The position numbers and the translations under genes are program-made. The notes below the pieces were generated by a model, which saw only the letters and a list, made by a program, of their open reading frames with translations, was not told the origin of the DNA and did not search any database. From Thermococcus kodakarensis KOD1 (lineage in GTDB: Archaea > Methanobacteriota_B > Thermococci > Thermococcales > Thermococcaceae), in assembly GCF_000009965.1 (NCBI RefSeq), contig NC_006624.1, positions 1,800,001 through 1,832,000 on the forward strand: a stretch of 32,000 nt of DNA, in the 5' to 3' direction. Positions 14,193 to 23,234 of this stretch are shown here, in pieces. How positions within the stretch are numbered: the first letter of the stretch is position 1; every line of letters starts with the position of its first letter.

Positions 14193-15326
14193 ATGAAGAG
14201 ATTGATGGCAGTTCTTCTGGTGCTGTTCGTAGTTCTTGCAGGCGGTTGCGTGGGTACTTCCTCAAATGGGGCAGAGAAAGCCTCACAGCAGTACATAACC
14301 GTAACAGACTCCCTGGGCAGAATCGTCCAGGTTCCTGTGAATGTCCAGAAGGTCGTTGCCATCGGGCCAGGAGCCCTTAGGCTCATCGTCTACCTCAACG
14401 CGAGCAATATGGTCGTGGGAGTGGAGGACTTCGAGAAGAAGTACTCCTACGGAAGGCCCTACATCATCGCTCACCCGGAGCTGAAGAACCTCCCGAGCAT
14501 AGGCCCGGGAGGCCCTGGAAAGCTTCCCAACCTCGAAGCACTCGCCAACGTCTCCCCTGACGTGATAATAGCGGTATTCATAAGCAAGGAGCAGGCCGAT
14601 GAGATTCAGGAGAAGACTGGGATTCCAGTCGTTGTCCTCAGCTACGGTGCGAGGGGAGGAATGAAAGGTTTCAACGATCCTCAGCTCATAGAATCAATAC
14701 AGCTGGCAGGTAAAATACTGCACAGGGAAAAGCGGGCAAAGGAACTCGTTGACTTCTTAAACTCCGTCCAGGAAGACCTGCAGAAGAGGATGAAGGGTGA
14801 GAAGAGCCCAAGGGTTTACGTAGGTGGGATAGGTTACAAGGGTGCCCACGGAATAGAGAGCACCTACGGCGACTACGCCCCCTTCGAAGTGCTGAACCTC
14901 ACCAACATAGCCTCTTCCCTCGGCCCCGGCTGGAAGACCGTTGACAAGGAGTGGCTCCTCAAGGAAGACCCGGACTACCTCTTCATCGATGAAGGCGGCT
15001 TGAAAATAATCCTCGACGACTATAGGAAGAACCCGGACTTCTACAGGGCACTGAGCGCCCTAAAAGAGGGCAGGGTGTACGGACTGCTCCCGTTCAACTT
15101 CTACAACACCAACCTCGGAACGGCTATAGCAGATACCTACTACATTGGAAAAGTTCTCTACCCGGAGCGCTTCAGCGACGTTGATCCAGTGAAGAAAGCG
15201 GACGAAATCTATGCATTCCTCGTTGGAAAGCCGGTCTATGAAACCCTCAAGGAGCAGTTCGGCGGCTTCGGAAAGATAGACTTCGAGAACGGAACCGTTA
15301 AGTACTCACTGCCAACTTCACCGTGA
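14193..15326 (+). CDS. ABC importer substrate-binding lipoprotein, Fe3+-siderophore/cobalamin (FecB/BtuF-like) family
   Basis: MKRLMAVLLVLFVVLAGGC signal/lipobox. Overall resemblance to the family, and it is followed by FecCD- and FepC-type genes. GGAGGG lies 6 nt before the ATG. Confidence 0.88.
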   Translation: MKRLMAVLLVLFVVLAGGCVGTSSNGAEKASQQYITVTDSLGRIVQVPVNVQKVVAIGPGALRLIVYLNASNMVVGVEDFEKKYSYGRPYIIAHPELKNLPSIGPGGPGKLPNLEALANVSPDVIIAVFISKEQADEIQEKTGIPVVVLSYGARGGMKGFNDPQLIESIQLAGKILHREKRAKELVDFLNSVQEDLQKRMKGEKSPRVYVGGIGYKGAHGIESTYGDYAPFEVLNLTNIASSLGPGWKTVDKEWLLKEDPDYLFIDEGGLKIILDDYRKNPDFYRALSALKEGRVYGLLPFNFYNTNLGTAIADTYYIGKVLYPERFSDVDPVKKADEIYAFLVGKPVYETLKEQFGGFGKIDFENGTVKYSLPTSP

Positions 15327-16366
15327 TGCCCATGGACTACGAGGGATACATCGCCAGAAAGTTCCTCATCGGCCTCTTTTTACTTCTTCTCACACTCCTG
15401 GTTAGCCTGTACTCTCTGTCCCACGGTTCGTACTCACTGTCCACGGGTGATGTCATAAACACGCTCCTTGGAAGGGAGGGCGGAAACGCTTACCTCATAG
15501 TCTGGAAGGTTCGCCTGCCGCGTATAGTTGCCGCCCTTTTCGTTGGTGCTTCCCTCGCCGTCTCCGGCGCGGTAATGCAGGGGTTCTTGAGAAACCCCCT
15601 GGCGAGTCCGTTCACAATGGGAGTCTCCCACGGGGCTATGTTCGGTGCCTCTCTCGCCATAATCCTCGGTGCCGGCTATGCGGAGAGCACCGGTAGAATC
15701 TCGCTCGACAACCCGTATGCAGTGGTCATCTTCGCGTTCGCTGGTGCCATGGCTGCTGTGGGCGTGATTCTTTTGCTGGCAAAGCTCAAGGGACTTTCCC
15801 CAGAGGCAATAATCCTCGCCGGAGTAGCTATGAGCTCCCTCTTTGTGGCACTAACGACCTTCATCCAGTACTTTGCGGATGAACTCCAGCTAGCGGCGAT
15901 GGTCTACTGGAGCTTCGGCGACCTTGGAAGAGCAACCTGGAGGGAGGACGTTATACTGCTCCTGGTCTTTGCACCGGTGTTTGCATACTTCATCGTGAAG
16001 AGGTGGGATTTGAACGCCTCCGCAGTTGGAGAGGAAGTGGCCAAAAGCGTTGGTGTGGAGGTAGAGAGGGTTCGCCTCGTATCCACTTTCCTTGCCGCCC
16101 TGATAACTGCCATCAGTGTGGCCTTCGTTGGGGTTATAGGGTTTGTTGGCTTGATAGCTCCACATCTTATCAGGCTCATAGCGGGGGGAGACTACAGGTT
16201 TCTGATACCCCTCTCGGCCCTCGCAGGTGCTTTACTCCTCGTCACGGCGGACACCGTTGCGAGGCTTGTACTTGCCCCCACTGTACTCCCCGTTGGGATA
16301 GTGACATCATTCCTTGGAGCTCCGGCCTTCATATACCTCCTCGTCAGGATGGAGGGACGAAGATGA
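15326..16366 (+). CDS. FecCD/BtuC-family ABC permease
   Basis: About 9-10 TM segments; RLPRIVAALFVGASLAVSGAVMQ motif. The ATG overlaps the upstream stop (TGATG). Confidence 0.9.
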   Translation: MPMDYEGYIARKFLIGLFLLLLTLLVSLYSLSHGSYSLSTGDVINTLLGREGGNAYLIVWKVRLPRIVAALFVGASLAVSGAVMQGFLRNPLASPFTMGVSHGAMFGASLAIILGAGYAESTGRISLDNPYAVVIFAFAGAMAAVGVILLLAKLKGLSPEAIILAGVAMSSLFVALTTFIQYFADELQLAAMVYWSFGDLGRATWREDVILLLVFAPVFAYFIVKRWDLNASAVGEEVAKSVGVEVERVRLVSTFLAALITAISVAFVGVIGFVGLIAPHLIRLIAGGDYRFLIPLSALAGALLLVTADTVARLVLAPTVLPVGIVTSFLGAPAFIYLLVRMEGRR

Positions 16367-17109
16367 CCGCTGTTGAGGCCAGAAACCTTCACTACTCCTA
16401 CAACGGCACTGAAGTCCTGAAGGGCATCAACCTGAAGATTGAGGATGGGGAGTTTGTCGCAATACTCGGCCCGAACGGCGCCGGGAAGAGCACCCTGCTG
16501 AAGTGTCTCTCTGGAATCCTCAGGTGCAATGGTGTTTATATCTCAGGACGGCCAATTGGGGAGTACTCTAGGAACGAACTAGCGAGGCTTGTGGCCTATA
16601 TCCCGCAGAGAACGGAACCGGGTTTTATGACCGTGTTCGATACAGTTCTGCTTGGTAGAAGACCCTACATGGGATTGAGGCCCTCGAAGAGGGATGTAGA
16701 GGTCGTTAAAAACGCACTGAAAAAGCTGGGGATAGATCACCTCGCCTTAAGGCCCACCAGGGGGCTGAGCGGTGGCGAACTTCAAAAGGTCGGCATAGCG
16801 CGCGCCCTGGCACAGGAGCCTGAGATTTTTATGTTTGACGAGCCAACGAACAACCTTGACATCAGGAGCCAGCTTGAGGTCATGAAGCTTGCGCGCGAGC
16901 TCTCTTCTGGGGGCAAAACCGTTATCATGGTCATGCACGAGATCAACCTCGCCATCCGCTTTGCGGAGAGGTTCGTCTTCATTTCAGAGGGACGGGTTGT
17001 TGCGGACGGTGGCCGTGAGATCCTGAAGCCTTCATTGTTCAGGGAGGTTTACGGAACGGAGGTCGAAATCGGGGAGGTGCACGGGATTCCGGTTGTTGTC
17101 CCCCTCTAA
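16363..17109 (+). CDS. ABC ATP-binding protein (FepC/FecE/BtuD-like)
   Basis: GPNGAGKST, LSGGELQK and IFMFDEPT motifs. ATGA overlap with the permease stop. The track ORF start at 16003 is an out-of-context extension. Confidence 0.92.
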   Translation: MTAVEARNLHYSYNGTEVLKGINLKIEDGEFVAILGPNGAGKSTLLKCLSGILRCNGVYISGRPIGEYSRNELARLVAYIPQRTEPGFMTVFDTVLLGRRPYMGLRPSKRDVEVVKNALKKLGIDHLALRPTRGLSGGELQKVGIARALAQEPEIFMFDEPTNNLDIRSQLEVMKLARELSSGGKTVIMVMHEINLAIRFAERFVFISEGRVVADGGREILKPSLFREVYGTEVEIGEVHGIPVVVPL

Positions 17110-17191
17110 TTACTCAAATGTGGGCAGTACTGTCAAATTTCTGGACAAACCTTTTAAGCCCTTGGGAAAACCTAAGTCGGAGGTGTTGCAG

Positions 17192-18079
17192 ATGACGATC
17201 AAAGCTCCTACCCTCAACATAGGCGGACTTGGCGCCGATCCGCTCACCCAGAGGATTCAGGAGAAGCAGAAGAAGTGGAAGTACAAAATAGCCGTCCTGA
17301 GCGGTAAGGGCGGCGTTGGTAAGAGCACAGTCGCGGTCAACCTCGCTGCCGCCCTCGCGAAGATGGGCTATTTCGTTGGAATCCTAGATGCCGACATACA
17401 CGGGCCGAACGTCGCCAAGATGCTCGGCGTTGACAAGGCCGACGTTCTTGCCGAGAGAATGGACGATGGAAGGTTTGAGATGATCCCCCCAATGGCGGAC
17501 TTCATGGGTCAGGTAACTCCTATCAAGGTCATGAGCATGGGCTTCCTCGTTCCAGAGGATCAGCCTGTCATATGGCGCGGTTCCCTCGTGACCAAGGCCA
17601 TAAAACAGCTCCTTGGAGATACAAAGTGGGGAGAACTTGACTTCATGATAATCGACTTCCCGCCTGGAACCGGCGACGAAATCCTCACCGTTACCCAGAG
17701 CATCCCCCTTGATGCGGCTGTGATAGTCACAACTCCACAGGAGGTAGCCCTACTCGACACTGGGAAGGCCGTCAACATGATGAAGAAGATGGAGGTTCCC
17801 TACATAGCGGTCGTCGAGAACATGAGCTACCTCATCTGCCCGCATTGCGGCAACGAGATAGACCTCTTCGGCAGGGGTGGTGGAAGAAAGCTCGCCGAAA
17901 AGGAAGGCGTTGAGTTCCTCGGTGAAATACCGATAGACCTCAAGGCCAGGGAGGCCAGCGATGCGGGAATCCCGATAGTCCTCTATGGAGACACCATGGC
18001 GGCAAAGGCATTCATGGAGCTGGCTGAGAAGCTCGTTAAGAAGCTTGAGGAAATGAAGGGCGAGAAAGCTGAGGAGTAA
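17192..18079 (+). CDS. Mrp/NBP35/ApbC-family Fe-S cluster carrier ATPase (295 aa)
   Basis: LSGKGGVGKST Walker A and the CPHCG cluster-ligand motif. GGAGGTG lies 6 nt before ATG 17192. Confidence 0.9.
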   Translation: MTIKAPTLNIGGLGADPLTQRIQEKQKKWKYKIAVLSGKGGVGKSTVAVNLAAALAKMGYFVGILDADIHGPNVAKMLGVDKADVLAERMDDGRFEMIPPMADFMGQVTPIKVMSMGFLVPEDQPVIWRGSLVTKAIKQLLGDTKWGELDFMIIDFPPGTGDEILTVTQSIPLDAAVIVTTPQEVALLDTGKAVNMMKKMEVPYIAVVENMSYLICPHCGNEIDLFGRGGGRKLAEKEGVEFLGEIPIDLKAREASDAGIPIVLYGDTMAAKAFMELAEKLVKKLEEMKGEKAEE

Positions 18080-18108
18080 ACCCTTTAAGTTTTACATTTC
18101 AACCTTTT

Positions 18109-18154
18109 CAGCGCGGCTCAGGCCGGCGGGAGCCGAAGCGATGGGGCCGCGCTG
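18109..18154. other. GC-rich extended hairpin (9 perfect bp, 11-13 with G-U) enclosing a 4-bp stem capped by a GGGA (GNRA) tetraloop; candidate structured RNA
   Basis: CAGCGCGGC (18109-18117) pairs with GCCGCGCTG (18146-18154). The inner stem is CGGC-GGGA-GCCG (18124-18135). The flanking intergenic DNA is A/T-rich. Confidence 0.45.
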
Positions 18155-18208
18155 GACCAGGCTGCATTAACTTTTTAACACCTTTTTCATACCAATTGCG
18201 GGAGGCAG

Positions 18209-19573
18209 ATGAAGAAGGCTCTTCCTGCTCTGTTTCTCATACTGATGCTGGCGGGCTCCGTTTCAGCCGCTGAGGTTAGTTATCGCCCTAACAAAGATGC
18301 GTTCGTGAAGTTTCTTGATTCGAATCTGACGTATCAAGTTGTTCCGGGCAACGACCCATGGTCGAGGGGATGGGCTGTTTACGTCGATGAAAAGCTCTCC
18401 GCTGTCAAAACACACGGAAACGATACCTTCGTTCTCGTTGGGAACGTTTATACAAACGACCTGATTGCCAAGATCTGGAACGAGACTGGCCTTGATCCCT
18501 CTGCTTCTCTAGAGCCTTCAATCATTGTGCTGAATGGCACTGTCCTGATTACCGGAAGCTCTGAGAACCTTTATCTGACATACGAGCCGTTTGTTGATAT
18601 AAAAGAGAACACTGTAAAAATTGCGGTTGTTACTCTGAGCATTATCGTTTATGCTGTTATCCTGATGTTAGTTTTAAGAAGGGACGGGAGCTACGCTGGA
18701 AGCACCTTCCTGATGGGTGCTCTTCTTTTAGGGGAATGGGTTCTACTCGAACCAATCCCTGCACACCTGATTTCAAAAACACTCTACCTTTCTCTGGCAC
18801 GTTTGAACGGCGCCCCTATCAATGATGTGCCCATCGTAATAATTTCCCACACTCTGGAAGTTCTTCCCCCCGATGAGAGGCTGTTCTGGGCAGTGAGGTG
18901 GCTTTTGATCTTTGTCCTTCTCGGCGTAACCGCTTACACTGCCCATAGAAGGGAACGCAGTCTGGGTATTGTGGCGTTCTTTTTGGTGCTCTCCGCGCCC
19001 TCGTTTAGGGAGTGGCTCCTGACTTCGAACGATATATTGGGATTGCTGGCCTTCGCGGTTGTGGTGGCAATTGTGTGCAGTTCAAACTTCGCCCCCTCTT
19101 CTTCGGGGGTCTTTTCGATGCTTTTGATGGCGCTGTTCACGGTGGTGGGAACGGCCTTCAATCCCTGTCTGGCTCTCTTGCCCTTTGTCTTTGTTATAGT
19201 ATTCCCGGGTAGGGTCAGCAGAAACGTTCCTTACTTACTGCTATCATCAATTGGAGCCCTCTGGGTATATTACAATCTTGGAAAATCCTGGATATCGCCT
19301 TGGTATCCTGGAGCATTCCATACTGAGATTATAACTGAAAATATCGCGAAAGAAGCGTTGCTCCAGCTGGTAGTTCTGGTGTATGTTGGGGCTAAGATTA
19401 TTGGGGGAAGAAAAGATATCAAAATCCGGAAAAAGGGTCCAACGGTGTTCGTTGGAGTCGTTACTGGGATACTACTGCTTTTAACACCCTTTAAATCCGA
19501 GCTTCTTCCTTATGCACTCTTCTCTCTATCTGTGCTTGCCGTCAGGCTGATCAGGGCTTCTCCTCAAATTTGA
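18209..19573 (+). CDS. polytopic membrane protein with signal peptide and a roughly 120-aa extracytoplasmic N-domain, function unknown
   Basis: MKKALPALFLILMLAGSVSA signal peptide. Sequons NLT, NDT, NET and NGT, then about 10 TM segments. GGGAGG lies before the ATG. Confidence 0.7.
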   Translation: MKKALPALFLILMLAGSVSAAEVSYRPNKDAFVKFLDSNLTYQVVPGNDPWSRGWAVYVDEKLSAVKTHGNDTFVLVGNVYTNDLIAKIWNETGLDPSASLEPSIIVLNGTVLITGSSENLYLTYEPFVDIKENTVKIAVVTLSIIVYAVILMLVLRRDGSYAGSTFLMGALLLGEWVLLEPIPAHLISKTLYLSLARLNGAPINDVPIVIISHTLEVLPPDERLFWAVRWLLIFVLLGVTAYTAHRRERSLGIVAFFLVLSAPSFREWLLTSNDILGLLAFAVVVAIVCSSNFAPSSSGVFSMLLMALFTVVGTAFNPCLALLPFVFVIVFPGRVSRNVPYLLLSSIGALWVYYNLGKSWISPWYPGAFHTEIITENIAKEALLQLVVLVYVGAKIIGGRKDIKIRKKGPTVFVGVVTGILLLLTPFKSELLPYALFSLSVLAVRLIRASPQI

Positions 19574-20300
19574 TTGCCCCGAAGACGGCTCCGGGCAAGT
19601 GTGGTCCTATGGCCTTTATGATTCCAGGAGCCTGGGTGCCCTTCTTCAGAACCAGGAGGGTCTCCATAAGGCCGAGTTCCTCCAGCCTCTTAACGTCCCT
19701 TCCGTGACCCGTCCTTATGAGTGCTTCCTCCACTTTTTCACTGATGGTTCCGACAACAAAGAGCTTGTCGAATCCGTCACTTATCCATGACTTGATGCGC
19801 TTCAACTGCTCCTCGGTGAAGGCCAGCTCGACTTCCCTAGCTCCAAACTCGACCCTAGTGACTTCCACTTCCACTGGAAGGTTATCAACCCATCCAAACC
19901 TGCGTATCATCCCCCTGACCGGAATGTCTCCGAAGGTCTTTTTGAGGTAGTAAAGGGGCAACAAAGCGTCCTTTGGGGCCGGTCTGAACACGCCTATGTC
20001 CACGTAGGCCCCGTAGCCGACCTTTCCAAGGTCGATGAAGCGTCCGCGGTAGCTCTGGCCTTCTTCCACGTTCTTCAGACTGTAGGGGACTTCGCCGAAC
20101 TCCTCTCTGACGAGGTTGGCACTTACCTCTTCGTCTTCCCCTGAGAGGGTTACCTTCACCCAGTTCTTCTTAACAGCTGAGAGCTTCCACTCAACATCAA
20201 GCTCGCCGAGAAGCGAGCGGAGCTTTTTGTTCAGCTTTTCAAAGCCGCTTCTGTCTCCATAAACCTTCTCCAGAATAACAACTTCCCGCATCTTCACCAT
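19551..20300 (-). CDS. conserved archaeal hypothetical protein (249 aa)
   Basis: Coding-like composition, directly downstream of tfe (24-nt gap). Family name not confidently recalled. Confidence 0.65.
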   Translation of the reverse strand: MVKMREVVILEKVYGDRSGFEKLNKKLRSLLGELDVEWKLSAVKKNWVKVTLSGEDEEVSANLVREEFGEVPYSLKNVEEGQSYRGRFIDLGKVGYGAYVDIGVFRPAPKDALLPLYYLKKTFGDIPVRGMIRRFGWVDNLPVEVEVTRVEFGAREVELAFTEEQLKRIKSWISDGFDKLFVVGTISEKVEEALIRTGHGRDVKRLEELGLMETLLVLKKGTQAPGIIKAIGPHLPGAVFGAIKFEEKP

Positions 20301-20324
20301 CCCCGAAGTTCATTAAGAGGCCAT

Positions 20325-20882
20325 TCACTCAGACCTTGACTTCTTTTTCTTTGAGGTCTTTCTGGGCTTCTTCTTGAGGCCCAGCTCGATCTCAAGCTCC
20401 TCAATTCGTCTTTTGAGTTCCTCTATGATGTGTGTGTTGTCGTACTGCATGAGCATCTTGCCGCAGATCGGGCACTGGAACTCGTACTCCATTGCCTCAT
20501 CAAAGGTGAGCTTTGGATGCCCCTCAGTGCCGCACCAGTAGTATATCTCACTGGTTTCCTCCTCCAGCATCTCCTTGAGCTTCTTAAGCTCCGCCATTTT
20601 TCTGGAACGAATTATTTCGGGGAGCTTTTTGGTCTCAAGGCGCCAGTAGTAGTAATACCATCCGGTTTCAGGGTCCCTGATTCTCTTGAAGTCGGCCAGC
20701 CCCTCGTCGTTGAGCATGTAGAGTATTCTCCTTACCGTGTTCACCCTTATGCCTGTTGCCTCTGCCAGCTCTTCATCGGTGGCCTCTTTCATTTTTTCGA
20801 GAGCCTTGACTACCTCAACGGCCTCTTCTCCACCTATCTCCTGTGCGATTTCGAGGAGCTCCTTGTTCTTGCGCTTTGCCAC
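20325..20882 (-). CDS. tfe: transcription factor E, alpha subunit (TFE)
   Basis: Winged-helix region ([27 protein letters not shown]) plus a zinc ribbon (CGTEGH...CPICG). GTG 20882 has GGGAGG 9 nt upstream. The track N-terminal extension to 21026 was rejected. Confidence 0.85.
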   Translation of the reverse strand: MAKRKNKELLEIAQEIGGEEAVEVVKALEKMKEATDEELAEATGIRVNTVRRILYMLNDEGLADFKRIRDPETGWYYYYWRLETKKLPEIIRSRKMAELKKLKEMLEEETSEIYYWCGTEGHPKLTFDEAMEYEFQCPICGKMLMQYDNTHIIEELKRRIEELEIELGLKKKPRKTSKKKKSRSE

Positions 20883-21022
20883 TGACAGCAGCCTCCCAGA
20901 GTTTGATTTTATTCTGAGTGGATACAATCGCCTTAACGGGTAAACTCCAATAGAAAAATAGGGCCCAATGATATATATACCTTTCCCGTCTCCATAGAAA
21001 CTATAATGAACAGAAAAGGACA

Positions 21023-21316
21023 TCAATCATTAAAGTATTCGTCCAGAAGCTCCTTGGCAGAGGGCTTGTAAAGCTCAAGAACCTCGATTTTTTCTATCAC
21101 GTTCCCCTCGCGGAGCTTCAGTTTTACCTTGCCCCCGTAAACCTGAAGGTCATCGAGCATTCCATAGATGGCATCTTCAGCCTCCAGAGGGCTTTTAAAC
21201 TTCATGATGTACTCCCCATCCTCAGTGATGAGCTTGACCCAGTACTCGTTTTTCCTTTTGAAAGGACGGGTAATCTTTGGCTTGAAGTTGTCGATTACGA
21301 CTTCCAAAGGACTCAC
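21023..21316 (-). CDS. small hypothetical protein (97 aa)
   Basis: GGAGGTGA lies before ATG 21316. Composition looks coding. No motif recognised. Confidence 0.55.
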   Translation of the reverse strand: MSPLEVVIDNFKPKITRPFKRKNEYWVKLITEDGEYIMKFKSPLEAEDAIYGMLDDLQVYGGKVKLKLREGNVIEKIEVLELYKPSAKELLDEYFND

Positions 21317-21468
21317 CTCCAGCCTAAGCCCCTTCTGCTACCATATCATTAAGGCGATGCTCTTTTAAGGGTTTTCTATTTCGCTCTTAATGAGTCTTGT
21401 ACCTGCCTATTTAAAAGTTATGAAAGCAACTTTTTTAGATATCGGATTGAGTTTAGTCGGGTAGAGAT

Positions 21469-22437
21469 ATGAAGGCCGTTGAAGTTAACAACCTCAGAAA
21501 GAGCTACCCCAAGAAGATTCCCCTCCCCTTCCGAAAGGTTGAATGGGTCGAGGCAGTTAAGGGTATAAGCTTCGAGGTCAAGAGGGGAGAGCTCTTCGGG
21601 TTGCTCGGCCCAAACGGTGCGGGAAAAACGACTACGATAAAAATGCTGACGACGCTCCTCGAACCGAGCGGGGGGAGCGCCAAAATACTCGGACTCGACC
21701 TCATAAGAGATGCAAGGGAAATTCGGAAGAGGATAAACCTTGTGGCCGAGGGCGAGAGGACGCTCTACTGGAGGCTCTCCGCCTATGAGAACCTCAAGTA
21801 CTTTGCGAGGATTTATTACGTCCCGAAATCCGAGATGGAGAAGAGAATTGAAGAGCTTCTGAAGCTGGTCGGGCTCTGGGAGAGACGGAACGACCTCGTG
21901 ATGAGCTATTCACGCGGTATGAAGCAGAGGCTTGCAATAGCGAAGGCCCTGATAAACGACCCCGAGGTGCTTTTCCTCGATGAGCCCACACTTGGTCTGG
22001 ATGTTCAGAGCGCTCTCTTTGTCAGGGACTTCGTGAAGAGGCTCGTAAAGGAAGAGGGAAAGACCGTGCTCCTGACCACTCACTACATGGTCGAGGCAGA
22101 GGAGCTCTGCGACAGGATAGCCATCATAGACCACGGAAGGATCATAGCGCTTGATACTCCCGAGGGCCTGAAAAAGCTCGTGAAAGACGAGGAAACAGTT
22201 GAAATCGCGGTGAGGGAATTCAATCCAGCACTTCTCGAAAAATCCCCCTGGAAGCTTGCAGTCGTCCAGAGTACTGAAGAGAGAACAGTGCTTAGGGGGA
22301 GCGTTGACGAGGAAGACCTTCCAAAGCTGGTCGAGTGGCTCGTCAAAAATCAGGTTAAAGTGGTCTCCGTCGAGAGAAAGGAGCCGACGCTTGAGGATGT
22401 TTTCATAAAGCTGACCGGAAGGGGGCTGAGGGATTGA
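21469..22437 (+). CDS. ABC-2-type exporter ATP-binding protein (DrrA/CcmA-like)
   Basis: GPNGAGKTT, YSRGMKQRL and VLFLDEPT motifs, with a C-terminal accessory domain. Confidence 0.9.
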   Translation: MKAVEVNNLRKSYPKKIPLPFRKVEWVEAVKGISFEVKRGELFGLLGPNGAGKTTTIKMLTTLLEPSGGSAKILGLDLIRDAREIRKRINLVAEGERTLYWRLSAYENLKYFARIYYVPKSEMEKRIEELLKLVGLWERRNDLVMSYSRGMKQRLAIAKALINDPEVLFLDEPTLGLDVQSALFVRDFVKRLVKEEGKTVLLTTHYMVEAEELCDRIAIIDHGRIIALDTPEGLKKLVKDEETVEIAVREFNPALLEKSPWKLAVVQSTEERTVLRGSVDEEDLPKLVEWLVKNQVKVVSVERKEPTLEDVFIKLTGRGLRD

Positions 22438-23234
22438 TATCGGCGGTGATCGAAAAGGAGTTCAGGATGTTCTTCCGCTATCCCCTGAGGGTTATAAGTT
22501 CCGTCCTCGTCGGCATAGTCTTTCTCCTCCAGTTCGTTTACTTCGGGCAGGCGGTCCTCGGCGGGAGGTACTCGGCGCTTCTGGAGGCCTCAACAGGGCT
22601 TGGGGATTACCCGACGTACGCGCTCATCGGCTATACCCTCTGGTGGGTCTCTTCATCGCCCATAGAGGCCTATGTATGGGGAGTTCGGAGGGAACTCCAA
22701 AGAGGTACGTTCGAGACGAACGTCCTTTCCCCTTCGAGCCTGACGGCCATCCTTCTCGGCCTGGCCCTCAGCTGGATGCTCATGGATTCAATACTCATGC
22801 TCATCGTTTTTCTCTTTGGCGTCTTTCTGTTTAAAATCCCTCTCAGCGCTGTGATTATCCTCAAATCCCTCCCGGTGATTTTCCTCTCCCTTCTGGCATT
22901 TCTTGGTTTTGGGTTCCTCTTTGCGGGCCTCGTAATGCTTCTGAAAAATATAGGCCCGTTCGCCCAGCTCTTTGAGTTCGGAATGCTGTTCTTCTCTGGC
23001 GTCTTCTTCCCGCTCACCCTCATGCCGAACTGGGTGCGGAGTTTCGCGGAGTTCATTCCCCTTACTCATGCAATCTCAACTGTCAGAACCATATTCTCTG
23101 GAGGTGGATATTCACAGGCCTCCAGCTCTATTGGGTGGCTGGTCATTCTTGCCCCACTGTACTGGCTGATTGGTTATCTCCTGTTCCGGTGGGCAGAGAG
23201 GTTAACCAGGGTGATAGGTTATGGAGGTTACTGA
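22434..23234 (+). CDS. ABC-2 family permease
   Basis: Six TM segments. The TTG start overlaps the ATPase stop (TTGA); alternative starts are GTG 22446 and ATG 22467. Confidence 0.78.
   Translation: MISAVIEKEFRMFFRYPLRVISSVLVGIVFLLQFVYFGQAVLGGRYSALLEASTGLGDYPTYALIGYTLWWVSSSPIEAYVWGVRRELQRGTFETNVLSPSSLTAILLGLALSWMLMDSILMLIVFLFGVFLFKIPLSAVIILKSLPVIFLSLLAFLGFGFLFAGLVMLLKNIGPFAQLFEFGMLFFSGVFFPLTLMPNWVRSFAEFIPLTHAISTVRTIFSGGGYSQASSSIGWLVILAPLYWLIGYLLFRWAERLTRVIGYGGY

Noticed and set aside
13005-14386. ORFs of 157 aa, 148 aa and 125 aa antisense to the NifX-type gene, OsmC and the binding-protein N-terminus
   Set aside because: Mirror frames of recognisable genes. The 125-aa ORF also runs through the promoter and leader region.
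18109-18154. Interpreting the hairpin as an H/ACA guide RNA, tRNA fragment or k-turn element
   Set aside because: At 46 nt it is too short for a pseudouridylation pocket plus upper stem. There is no ACA box after the stem (the sequence is GACCAG), no T-loop or anticodon architecture, and the internal loop lacks opposed 5'-GA-3' dinucleotides.
20430-20943. 151-aa and 68-aa plus-strand ORFs opposite tfe
   Set aside because: Antisense to a clear TFE gene, with no initiation signals.
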